Assembly: GCA_964106645.2 (NCBI GenBank)
Contig: OZ067038.1
DNA from: Podarcis pityusensis
Taxonomy: Eukaryota
DNA: 64,000 nucleotides
Reading direction: 5' to 3' (one strand)
Part shown: piece by piece, positions 13,836 to 26,113 of the stretch
Position numbering within the stretch: position 1 is the first letter of the stretch
Layout: each line of letters starts with the position of its first letter
Notes under the pieces: generated by a model
What the model saw: the letters and a program-made list of their open reading frames with translations, nothing else
Databases searched by the model: none
What the model was told of the DNA's origin: nothing
Made by a program: the position numbers and the translations under genes

Positions 13836-15214
13836 TCTTATGCCTGTTGCAGCAATTGTAGAGCTCGTGGTGCTGTACCATTTTCAAAACTGTATTTTTA
13901 TCTCTTACATTATATTTTATTGCATTACAAGTTCAGTTCCATAGAATTCAAATGGTAAGTGCTCTTCACAGAACCATGCTGCTGGCTAGTTGAATGAAGC
14001 TTGCGGGCCAGTTTGGGAACCCCTGGACAAGCAGACATAGGAGGGGGGAAATCAAAGGAGGTGGGTAGAAAACAGATGGATTATCAAAGCAAATCATTTC
14101 AACTCTTCTGGACGGGAGTGGCTCAAACAAGACATTCAGGCCAAATAGAAGCAAGTAGCACAGGCTTCTCCATCACCTAGACAAAGCCAGCTTGCTTGAT
14201 TCGTAAGCAAGGCAGTGGCAGCAGTGCATGCAACAACATGTTCAGAAAAAATGTATGTACTACTCTAGAGGGCAGGGAAAGGGGCGTGCCGATTAACATG
14301 CAGACAGGACTGTGCCGAATTGCCCTTCCATTAAAGGAGGCTGGTTTCAACCATGGGAGGAGTAGGGGGTTGCTGATTTGAAAATATTTCCAAGGCCTGC
14401 AACTCACTAATGTTGCAATACGGCTGGTCTCTGGGTATATTAAGCAAGAGTTTCCCTCCAGCAGGAATTTGGAAGGGTGGGAGGGGAGGAGAAGGGGGGT
14501 GGGGAAGCAAGAGACCCTATTCAGTTTAGCTTGCTGGTCACTGTAAAAATCCTGTATGTAAAAAAAGACAGAAACCCCCCAGCCCCCCCCAAAGGTAATG
14601 GTATCAACTTTTGCCCTCTTTGTGGTAAATGACAGTAATCTCTATAAAGAAGATGGGCACAATCATGTTTTCTGCCACCTTGGTTCTTGGGCTGTTTCAC
14701 CCATTATAGGCCAGCAAACCCAGCTTTGCCACCTGACAGGGAGCTGCTGCCAACCCTGGTGCTCCACTCAGCCTTTCTGCACTTTCCAGATGTGTGTATT
14801 GCACACGTTATATTTTTATGCATGAATCGGCTCTTAATCCGTATGTCATGGGGTCAGAACCAAACCTTAAAAGTCTATGACAACATTGGAATCCAACCAG
14901 TCACAAAGGGTTAGCCATCGGCCAATCAAACACAGCATCGGAAAGCGTAGCACGGGCATATTTCACAGCAGGAGAGGCCCACCAGTTGCAAAACCACAAC
15001 TCTCATCATCCCCAACCATTGGCTGTGCTGACTGGGGTTGATGGGAATCCAACAACATCTGAAGGGCCACAGGCTCTGACCCTGTGTTCTATAGGTTGTT
15101 AGGGCTTTTGTTTTTACTTGTGGAGAATGCAGCAGCAGCAGAACTGTCTGGCAAGCCACACTCTGTGTTTGGCTGTGTTTGGAGATTGTGGGTGCTGGCA
15201 GTAGCTGTAAGTTG

Positions 15215-18200
15215 AAGAACTGCAGAAGGGTGTGTCACGAGGACTTGCTTCTACTTAGCCACAAGAACAGCCAAGGCTGCAGCTAAGAGAAAGGCCAGGA
15301 GATTGGCTTTCTGATGGCAATATACACCATCAGCAGAATCATCCCAGTGTTACAAAGTCAGTTTGAGCGAGTCTGTTTCCATAACATCACATGCACCTTC
15401 CCTACATTTGCCCTGAAACTAGGTTTCAGGAAAATCAAGAGGGAGAACTAATGGTCTCGCTGTCAGTAGTGGTTTGTTCCTCCCAGCATCACCATTCCAC
15501 TTGTCTTGTCTCCCCAGACCTGTCTCAGAGTTCCAGCTATAAGAAGTGAAGCCAGAAGGCAGCACTTACAAGTCCATACTGGGAATACAATATCCACAAG
15601 ACTCCCACTGTCCTCTGTTCCCCACCCAGAATGTCCAAAGTCCAAGTCAACTACATGGATGAGCTAAAGTCTCACTTGAGAATGACAGTTGAGAGATTTT
15701 GCAACGGAACTAACATGTGCCAGCCTGTCAGAATATGTTGCAGAGCAGGACAATTAGGTAAAAATAAAATTTCAAAAATCTTCAAGTGTGCTTTTACAAA
15801 AGAGATAAGTATGCAATTCTTAACTACAGGTTTGGCTGATAAAAGGTATTTCTTATGCATTTTATGGCCATCCCCATTTCTCACACAGCCAAAGAGCTAA
15901 CAGGGATGTGGGGACAGCAGAAGTGTATCTGAAGGAGCATGCAAGTTACAATTTTGACCAGACGGAGAAGGGGGACATAAGACACCCAAGAAACAAATAA
16001 ATGGAAGTTAAGGATAACAAGGCATGAATGCAAGCAGGCTCTCTTCCATAATTCACCCGATGCTTTCTGAATGTCCTGCCCACTTTCTTCTTCTTAGTTC
16101 TTGTGGTTGCATACAGCCCACAAAATAGGAAACACTACTAGAGGGTAAAGCCACCATGGTTTGTACTTCCCTAAGTCAGACAGCTGTGGCTCATGCTTTG
16201 ATGACTCAGGTAATGGCAACCACCAGATCTATTCCGCAAGCTCCCCTCCTGTCACTAAACCCAGAATAGCTCTAAAAGCAACTCAGAAGCCCCTTGATTA
16301 GCCAACACCCTAGCAAGTCCTACTTCATCATGGAGGAATGTGCAAGCATCACTGGTATTGTCACCATCCCTTAATGACCTCCATGACATTATAGGATTTC
16401 AGCTCCAGATCTCCAGTTTTAGTATACAGATATCCAGATAAGACTAACAGCAGTCAGTGGGTGTATTTATAAGAAGCAAAGGGTTTCCAAATTCTTTTGA
16501 ATCTGAAGACCATTCATTAACTACCGTCTTTCATCAGGCAGAACACTTACGAATAAAACCACCACTCTACACCACTTAACCTTCCCTTCTACCTAAAGTA
16601 GAACCTAGAAGAGGATGATCTCCCAACCAAACATTCTTACAAGCTATTAAGACAAACTCAGTTTTGAGCTATGTGGAAGCAACTGCTTCAATTGCAAAAT
16701 CCTATGGCAAGAACAAAGACAGCCAAGTTCACACAGTTCATGTTACAGAATCATGAACCATTCACTCCATTCTCCCTGTTTGCCAGTCCAACCCACCCTG
16801 CTCCTACTACCCACTGCTCCTGCTGGCAACAATATCACAGTAACTCATTAAACCTATCTGGCCTTCCAACTACTGATATCAGCAGCTGCACAGATAACAC
16901 TGTTCAATTCATGTGGGGGGGAAGCCATTTTAACCTGCAGACTTTCAATACACTCTCCTTTTCCATTTACAGACAGTTTGCAAGTCATTTTATCAAAGGG
17001 ACACTTGCTTTCCACATGTATAAATAATTAGCTTGGCAAATTTCAGATTCAAGGACAAGTATAAAAATAAGTAGAAGTCCACCCAGGCCCTTTGCCAGCA
17101 TTTCAGAAACAACAAACATCATTGTGGATGAGATCTTTCTACCATGCAACTAGCCGCACACCCAAAACTCAGCAGCTGCAAGATTTCCAAGCTTGCCACT
17201 TCCTCACTTAAGCCCACTTCGAGATTTAAGCAAATGAAAAACTGCAGAAGCCATCCCAGCCAGGTCTGCCACTTCTCAAAAATGAAAGTTAGGAGCACTA
17301 TATGCAGATATAAATATAGAATATCCCCATCTAGAGCCAATATGAGGAGAGGAACCAAGTGTGGTATGGCAAGTTCCGCTACTATTGCCTGTTCCTGTTC
17401 AACCCTGTCCCCCACTTTACCACTGAGCTGTCAAGACACATTTGTTCTGCCTTGCATCACTGTCCTCTCTCAAATTTTCAACCTTGCTTGCTAAGCACAG
17501 AAGCCTGTCCCCAGCCCATTCCAGATTACTATAGGCTTGATGAGAGTAACACAAGGTGTGCAAAACCAGTAGTGCAGCTAAAATCCAAGATGCACAAGGC
17601 TGATGCTCCTTTTATCAGGGATGGGGAACCAGTGACCCTTCAAATGTTGATGGGACTCAAGATTCCCACCAGACCCAGCCAGACCAGCAAATGCCCAGGG
17701 ATGATGGAAATTGTACTCCAGCAGTAACTGGAAGGTCACAGCTTCCCCACAATCTTCAGATTGTGGCCCTTTATGGCAGCACCATGTTTATCATGCTGCA
17801 TCCCACCCTTTCTGAAAGGAGCTCTAGATGGCACATTTGGGGTTATTCCATTTTATTATAATCACAACAGCCTTGCAAGGTATCTCAAGCAGAGATTAAG
17901 CATGCAGTTCTTGACTACAGATATAGCTAACAGATGACACTTCTTATGGATTTTATAACCAGGGGACCTTTTGGCTAAGTAACACAGAACTACCTTATTC
18001 ACATGCAACACTGTCCACTACAATATAGTCCTAAAAAGTTCCTTAGCTCAGGAAGTTAAAGTTTATTATGACCTTCTCTTAAGGTGGGAGCTGCAGCTGC
18101 CTTTCTACCATCGATTTACTGCTGGCCTTTGAGAAGTCATGCTTCTCTTTAAAATGGAGGTGAGGGAAATTCCCCTCAGCATGTGCTCAGCCTAGCACAC

Positions 18201-19200
18201 TGCCCCACCCCAGAGTGCAAGCAAGCAGTCTGCAACTCAGGTACCAGAGTGCTGAACTTTGCTTCCTCAAAAGGCGGCCATGAGCTTTACAGAGTACTCA
18301 CATGTGTTTACGTGCTACTTTTCTGAAAGGGTTTCATGTTCCCACCGAGTCATCCACTAGGCTGGCCAGAAACATTTTTGGTCTCAGTCCATACAGGTGC
18401 AGAAAAGGAGTCAATGAGTTTTCAATGGTTCAGTCTATTTACTCCACTCAGGTGGAGCTTAGGTGACACCCCACTACCCGCCAATTTGTCCCTCCCCACC
18501 ACCCCAAAGGAACCACTGCAAAAGCATGAGGGCTAAGCTATATAGGATCCATCTCCTTTGCCACAAGAAACCTTCACTTTGTTCACGAGCTTCTCCCTCC
18601 CAAAGCCTGGACTATAAAAAAGATCAGTGGCTGCTCACCTCTCCAGGAAATGTATATTCAGCCCAAGTGGTACTACCACAAAGCAAAAGGGGAAGAGAGA
18701 TAATGGCAAGAGCCCCATAACTACCAGTCCTTTGATATTAAGGCATTTCTCTGTAGATCTCAAAGGAGGCAGGGAGAGTGCCTGCACTCTGCCAATCCCA
18801 TACTTCCTTTGTACTGGAGGACAGGACAATCTCTTCTTCACTGCACGCATTTGTTCCCACTGGCAGAAAGCCAGGATTTCTAACATTTTAGATATATATG
18901 ATTGTGTTATAGGGAAGACTTCTGAACTCACAAGCTGCCCTGTCTTGTTTTGTTAGACCCAAACACAGAAAGCCCCTCCCTGCTCCTTTTTGAAGTGTCT
19001 TTGTGTTCAGGCCTCACAGAGAGTGAGCTTTCTTAAGGGCTTGGTGGCCAAGGCAGGTTACTACTGTACTGCAATTCCACTGGATTCTCTACCTCAGAGG
19101 ACCTGGACAAGCAACAGCAGAAGAAACAAAATGGCACAGAACGGACAGTACAGGAACTCAACCAACTCTCTCCGACAGCTGCATTGTGAATTGCTCCTCC
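15215..19200 (+). repeat. Copy 1 of ~3986-bp direct duplication (likely assembly artefact)
   Basis: Matches 19401-23386 at offset 4186; the ORF track is duplicated at the same offset. Confidence 0.95.
17616..17752. mobile_element. Palindromic hAT MITE (second copy at 21802-21938)
   Basis: cagggatggggaacc...gggatgatggaaattgta...ttccccac, same family as 34552-34688. Confidence 0.65.
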
Positions 19201-19400
19201 NNNNNNNNNNNNNNNNNNNNNNNNNNNNNNNNNNNNNNNNNNNNNNNNNNNNNNNNNNNNNNNNNNNNNNNNNNNNNNNNNNNNNNNNNNNNNNNNNNNN
19301 NNNNNNNNNNNNNNNNNNNNNNNNNNNNNNNNNNNNNNNNNNNNNNNNNNNNNNNNNNNNNNNNNNNNNNNNNNNNNNNNNNNNNNNNNNNNNNNNNNNN
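19201..19400. other. Assembly gap (200 N)
   Basis: Exactly 200 N. Confidence 1.
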
Positions 19401-22400
19401 AAGAACTGCAGAAGGGTGTGTCACGAGGACTTGCTTCTACTTAGCCACAAGAACAGCCAAGGCTGCAGCTAAGAGAAAGGCCAGGAGATTGGCTTTCTGA
19501 TGGCAATATACACCATCAGCAGAATCATCCCAGTGTTACAAAGTCAGTTTGAGCGAGTCTGTTTCCATAACATCACATGCATCTTCCCTACATTTGCCCT
19601 GGAACTAGGTTTCAGGAAAATCAAGAGGGAGAACTAATGGTCTCGCTGTCAGTAGTGGTTTGTTCCTCCCAGCATCACCATTCCACTTGTCTTGTCTCCC
19701 CAGACCTGTCTCAGAGTTCCAGCTATAAGAAGTGAAGCCAGAAGGCAGCACTTACAAGTCCATACTGGGAATACAATATCCACAAGACTCCCACTGTCCT
19801 CCGTTCCCCACCCAGAATGTCCAAAGTCCAAGTCAACTACATGGATGAGCTAAAGTCTCACTTGAGAATGACAGTTGAGAGATTTTGCAACGGAACTAAC
19901 ATGCGCCAGCCTGTCAGAATATGTTGCAGAGCAGGACAATTAGGTAAAAATAAAATTTCAAAAATCTTCAAGTGTGCTTTTACAAAAGAGATAAGTATGC
20001 AATTCTTAACTACAGGTTTGGCTGATAAAAGGTATTTCTTATGCATTTTATGGCCATCCCCATTTCTCACACAGCCAAAGAGCTAACAGGGATGTGGGGA
20101 CAGCAGAAGTGTATCTGAAGGAGCATGCAAGTTACAATTTTGACCAGACGGAGAAGGGGGACATAAGACACCAAAGGAACAAATAAATGGAAGTTAAGGA
20201 TAACAAGGCATGAATGCAAGCAGGCTCTCTTCCGTAATTCACCCGATGCTTTCTGAATGTCCTGCCCACTTTCTTCTTCTTAGTTCTTGTGGTTGCATAC
20301 AGCCCACAAAATAGGAAACACTACTAGAGGGTAAAGCCACCATGGTTTGTACTTCCCTAAGTCAGACAGCTGTGGCTCATGCTTTGATGACTCAGGTAAT
20401 GGCAACCACCAGATCTATTCCGCAAGCTCCCCTCCTGTCACTAAACCCAGAATAGCTCTAAAAGCAACTCAGAAGCCCCTTGATTAGCCAACACCCTAGC
20501 AAGTCCTACTTCATCATGGAGGAATGTGCAAGCATCACTGGTATTGTCACCATCCCTTAATGACCTCCATGACATTATAGGATTTCAGCTCCAGATCTCC
20601 AGTTTTAGTATACAGATATCCAGATAAGACTAACAGCAGTCAGTGGGTGTATTTATAAGAAGCAAAGGGTTTCCAAATTCTTTTGAATCTGAAGACCATT
20701 CATTAACTACCGTCTTTCATCAGGCAGAACACTTACGAATAAAACCACCACTCTACACCACTTAACCTTCCCTTCTACCTAAAGTAGAACCTAGAAGAGG
20801 ATGATCTCCCAACCAAACATTCTTACAAGCTATTAAGACAAACTCAGTTTTGAGCTATGTGGAAGCAACTGCTTCAATTGCAAAATCCTATGGCAAGAAC
20901 AAAGACAGCCAAGTTCACACAGTTCATGTTACAGAATCATGAACCATTCACTCCATTCTCCCTGTTTGCCAGTCCAACCCACCCTGCTCCTACTACCCAC
21001 TGCTCCTGCTGGCAACAATATCACAGTAACTCATTAAACCTATCTGGCCTTCCAACTACTGATATCAGCAGCTGCACAGATAACACTGTTCAATTCATGT
21101 GGGGGGGAAGCCATTTTAACCTGCAGACTTTCAATACACTCTCCTTTTCCATTTACAGACAGTTTGCAAGTCATTTTATCAAAGGGACACTTGCTTTCCA
21201 CATGTATAAATAATTAGCTTGGCAAATTTCAGATTCAAGGACAAGTATAAAAATAAGTAGAAGTCCACCCAGGCCCTTTGCCAGCATTTCAGAAACAACA
21301 AACATCATTGTGGATGAGATCTTTCTACCATGCAACTAGCCGCACACCCAAAACTCAGCAGCTGCAAGATTTCCAAGCTTGCCACTTCCTCACTTAAGCC
21401 CACTTCGAGATTTAAGCAAATGAAAAACTGCAGAAGCCATCCCAGCCAGGTCTGCCACTTCTCAAAAATGAAAGTTAGGAGCACTATATGCAGATATAAA
21501 TATAGAATATCCCCATCTAGAGCCAATATGAGGAGAGGAACCAAGTGTGGTATGGCAAGTTCCGCTACTATTGCCTGTTCCTGTTCAACCCTGTCCCCCA
21601 CTTTACCACTGAGCTGTCAAGACACATTTGTTCTGCCTTGCATCACTGTCCTCTCTCAAATTTTCAACCTTGCTTGCTAAGCACAGAAGCCTGTCCCCAG
21701 CCCATTCCAGATTACTATAGGCTTGATGAGAGTAACACAAGGTGTGCAAAACCAGTAGTGCAGCTAAAATCCAAGATGCACAAGGCTGATGCTCCTTTTA
21801 TCAGGGATGGGGAACCAGTGACCCTTCAAATGTTGATGGGACTCAAGATTCCCACCAGACCCAGCCAGACCAGCAAATGCCCAGGGATGATGGAAATTGT
21901 ACTCCAGCAGTAACTGGAAGGTCACAGCTTCCCCACAATCTTCAGATTGTGGCCCTTTATGGCAGCACCATGTTTATCATGCTGCATCCCACCCTTTCTG
22001 AAAGGAGCTCTAGATGGCACATTTGGGGTTATTCCATTTTATTATAATCACAACAGCCTTGCAAGGTATCTCAAGCAGAGATTAAGCATGCAGTTCTTGA
22101 CTACAGATATAGCTAACAGATGACACTTCTTATGGATTTTATAACCAGGGGACCTTTTGGCTAAGTAACACAGAACTACCTTATTCACATGCAACACTGT
22201 CCACTACAATATAGTCCTAAAAAGTTCCTTAGCTCAGGAAGTTAAAGTTTATTATGACCTTCTCTTAAGGTGGGAGCTGCAGCTGCCTTTCTACCATCGA
22301 TTTACTGCTGGCCTTTGAGAAGTCATGCTTCTCTTTAAAATGGAGGTGAGGGAAATTCCCCTCAGCATGTGCTCAGCCTAGCACACTGCCCCACCCCAGA

Positions 22401-23386
22401 GTGCAAGCAAGCAGTCTGCAACTCAGGTACCAGAGTGCTGAACTTTGCTTCCTCAAAAGGCGGCCATGAGCTTTACAGAGTACTCACATGTGTTTACGTG
22501 CTACTTTTCTGAAAGGGTTTCATGTTCCCACCGAGTCATCCACTAGGCTGGCCAGAAACATTTTTGGTCTCAGTCCATACAGGTGCAGAAAAGGAGTCAA
22601 TGAGTTTTCAATGGTTCAGTCTATTTACTCCACTCAGGTGGAGCTTAGGTGACACCCCACTACCCGCCAATTTGTCCCTCCCCACCACCCCAAAGGAACC
22701 ACTGCAAAAGCATGAGGGCTAAGCTATATAGGATCCATCTCCTTTGCCACAAGAAACCTTCACTTTGTTCACGAGCTTCTCCCTCCCAAAGCCTGGACTA
22801 TAAAAAAGATCAGTGGCTGCTCACCTCTCCAGGAAATGTATATTCAGCCCAAGTGGTACTACCACAAAGCAAAAGGGGAAGAGAGATAATGGCAAGAGCC
22901 CCATAACTACCAGTCCTTTGATATTAAGGCATTTCTCTGTAGATCTCAAAGGAGGCAGGGAGAGTGCCTGCACTCTGCCAATCCCATACTTCCTTTGTAC
23001 TGGAGGACAGGACAATCTCTTCTTCACTGCACGCATTTGTTCCCACTGGCAGAAAGCCAGGATTTCTAACATTTTAGATATATATGATTGTGTTATAGGG
23101 AAGACTTCTGAACTCACAAGCTGCCCTGTCTTGTTTTGTTAGACCCAAACACAGAAAGCCCCTCCCTGCTCCTTTTTGAAGTGTCTTTGTGTTCAGGCCT
23201 CACAGAGAGTGAGCTTTCTTAAGGGCTTGGTGGCCAAGGCAGGTTACTACTGTACTGCAATTCCACTGGATTCTCTACCTCAGAGGACCTGGACAAGCAA
23301 CAGCAGAAGAAACAAAATGGCACAGAACGGACAGTACAGGAACTCAACCAACTCTCTCCGACAGCTGCATTGTGAATTGCTCCTCC
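19401..23386 (+). repeat. Copy 2 of ~3986-bp direct duplication
   Basis: Starts exactly at the gap edge; 7 substitutions versus copy 1 found by eye. Confidence 0.95.
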
Positions 23387-23939
23387 TTTTGCTATTCTAT
23401 CCACTCAGCACAATACGGGTATGGTGGTCTGTGAAAATTGCTTTTGGATGTTAGCATCTTTGTCTGGGATCCACATCCTCCACAAGATCCAGAATCCAGA
23501 GCATGCTTTCCCCAGGAATCCCCCTTTGAACTCCTGTCTTGAATAATAAGAAATCCAAACTATAATTACAAGTTCTATGGGGGGGGCAGGTATTCACACA
23601 TCCCCGATCACCGCACTTTTCTAGAGTTAACAGAGGCACATCTCTGCCCAAAAGAAGCCTAAAATTCAACAATGGGAGAGGACAGTAGGAAAAACAAGAG
23701 AGGGGATGGATGAAAGAATCAGATAAATGTGGGAGCAAATGCAGTTAAGTTTCTTACAAAGATTTCAGGGTACAGCTAACCAAGATCCTGAATGCCGACG
23801 GTACTTCTGACTGGTGGGAGACCCATCCTAATGAAATATAAGCCTAAGCATCAGCTGGTTTCATGAACATTCCTGCTTTTATAGAGACGCCCCCAAATAT
23901 TTTAACGATTTCGGGAATAAGTAGTAAAAAAAAAAAAAA

Positions 23940-25860
23940 GTTCGCAAGTCGCCTGAAGGCTAGCCGACGAAAAGGCTTCAGCGTTTTTGAAAAATCTCAA
24001 CCCTTTAAAACAAAGGCAAGGTTGCTTAGACCAGTAGATAAAAATCCAGTTACCTCTCAATGCCCGATGGCAAAAGGCCCACTCCCCACTCCCTGAAAGG
24101 CGGAGGCTAGCAGCCCCTACTTTAAAAAAAGAAAAAACGAAGGACTTTTGCGTCCTTCTACCCGAAGAGTCGAGTTCCGAGCGGCTCACTAGGGAGTCCG
24201 TTTCGAAGCAACCTCTGGAGAACAAGAGAAAGAGGCCCCCACCCAAACGCACCTGGGGAGAAGCAAAATGGGATCCACCCAGCCCGGTGCCTTTCGGAGC
24301 GCGTTTGACACGGGAGCCGCGAGGGAGAGCGACGCGCGCGGCCCAACTCCTCTCTCTCTCCTCTCTTCCGAAGCGGCACCTTGGGAAACCGGGGGAGGGA
24401 AACCTCCTTCCCCAGGAACTCCCCTCACATTCCTCTCCTTCAGTCGCCACAAGAAAGGGAGGGGGAGGAGAAAGGGGGGAGCCAGCAGCCCTCCAATGCA
24501 CACCACCTTCCACACAACACAAAAGTTTTTCTTCAAGGGAGGGAGGGGAGAGGTGCTTTTATTGTAATGCACCGCCTTACCTTTGTCTTTTTTGCCCCCC
24601 GCACTCTCCCCTTCGGGAATCGCGCAGCCCCTCTCTCGAATGCTAACTAAGCAAGTTTTACTTCTTCCCTTCTTACAGGTTTTTGGTTGGTTTTTTTTTT
24701 AAAAAAGAGGCGTGTGGCGGGGGGGGGGGGGCTGGAGAGAAGAGGCAGGCTTTTCTTTTCTCGCGTCCGTGAGAGTCGCCGCCGACCCAAGTGCTCCTCA
24801 GTTTCCTCCTCTGATCATTCAGCTTGACAACTTCGTGTAGAGACTGCACGGGACCAGACGCCTTTTTGTCCCGCTGCAAATGCAAGGCAGAGGGCGAGCG
24901 GGAGGGGGAAATAATAAAAAAAGCGTGCCGTTTCCTAACAAAAGCACTAAAGACTCCAAGAATAAAATCTCAAAGGGAGCTTTTTTATATATATAAAAAC
25001 ACCAGCAGCAGCGCGCGCACACACAAAAGGCGACGAAAAAAACCCGAGGAGCGCTGCAGCGATCTCCTGCTCCTCCTCCTCCTCCTTTTCCTGCGGGACC
25101 TTTTCTCTCGCTTTTTCTTTCGCCCTCCCCCCCTCGCTCAGCTCCAACACCTAAAATGGAAGTTGCACCCAGCCGACGGCAAAGGAGGCTGGGTGGTGAC
25201 AAACTGTGCGCTCCAGCCCAGCCCCTTTTTCCCTAAGTGATGTCAGCTTCTGCACTGCTCCAATGGGAGGCAGGCATCAATCAGGGAGCCGAGGCTATCC
25301 AATAGGAAACTCCATTGTAGAATTTCTTTTTTTAAAAAAAAAGAGAGGAGAGGAGATACAGACAAAAAAAAGGGGGAACCGCATAAGAAGGGAAAACAAG
25401 GAAATATTGCTTAAAATAATAAACAAAGCCAGGTTTCCATTAAAAGAGACAGGAACGCTCTCCATCCCTTTACATTGCAAGGATGCGCTCACATTGCAAT
25501 TCAACATGCAAAACTTCCGCCGGTGGCAATGGAGGAAGATTCCCGGGACCGAAGTCAATTTTTAATTATTTGCGTTTCCTGTCTTCGGCGAGCTTTCGCA
25601 GCGCCTTTACACTTCGGTCCTAGGCGTGCTTACTCGGCAGTAATTCCGATGAACTGATCGCTAGGAAGCATCGCCACTGAATTGCAGCCACCTCTCGTGA
25701 GGCTAAACGTTGACTGAGGCGGCGATCCCGCTGGAGTTCGACGGGACTTGTTTCCTTGTACTGTAAAGTGCGCCTAGGACTGCAGCCTTATTTGTTCTTG
25801 TGGGCGCTTTCCTTGCACTTTGCATGCAAGCGCTCCATCTCCGGAAGGGAGGAGACGGGC
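23940..25860 (-). promoter_or_regulatory. CTNND1: CpG island / CTNND1 promoter
   Basis: CpG-dense segment; CCAAT boxes at ~25260 and ~25299 and CRE-like tgatgtca at ~25238 just upstream of the conserved exon-1 start. Confidence 0.8.
24581..25210 (-). other. CTNND1: CTNND1 (p120 catenin) non-coding exon 1 / 5'UTR
   Basis: Minus strand agtttgtcaccacccag...ggctgggtgcaacttccattttaggtgttgga matches the mammalian CTNND1 mRNA 5' end as I recall it; strong donor AAG|gtaagg at 24581/24580; synteny with BTBD18/SELENOH/TMX2. TSS is approximate, and no CTNND1 coding exon was seen in the window. Confidence 0.75.
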
Positions 25861-26079
25861 ACTACCTATAACAAAAGGAATGCAGTTTCCAAGCCTACCT
25901 TGGTTATATTAGGACTCCTTTGAAACGCACATGGCCAGATAATCAAGTCTTACTTGGCAGCATTGTTAATTGACATCAACTGACAGAAATTTACTCTCGT
26001 TCCCCCCCCCCCGCCGCCCCTTTTTCTGTGGTAAATCAGCTTCTTTGTCTCTTTTATTGGCCTGTGTTTGGAATTTACA

Positions 26080-26113
26080 CAATACAATACAATACAATAC
26101 AATACAATACAAT
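26080..26113. repeat. (AATAC)n microsatellite
   Basis: Seen directly. Confidence 0.9.

Noticed and set aside
18990-19500. ORFs containing X runs
   Set aside because: Artefacts of translating through the N gap.
15215-23386. Real tandem gene or segmental duplication
   Set aside because: Intronic, no gene content, breakpoints coincide with the gap; artefact is more parsimonious.
1-24580. CTNND1 coding exons (MDDSEVES...)
   Set aside because: Not found by eye on the minus strand; they presumably lie left of the window.
23902-25240. Many overlapping ORFs on both strands
   Set aside because: Stop-poor CpG island / CTNND1 5'UTR; no homology recognised.
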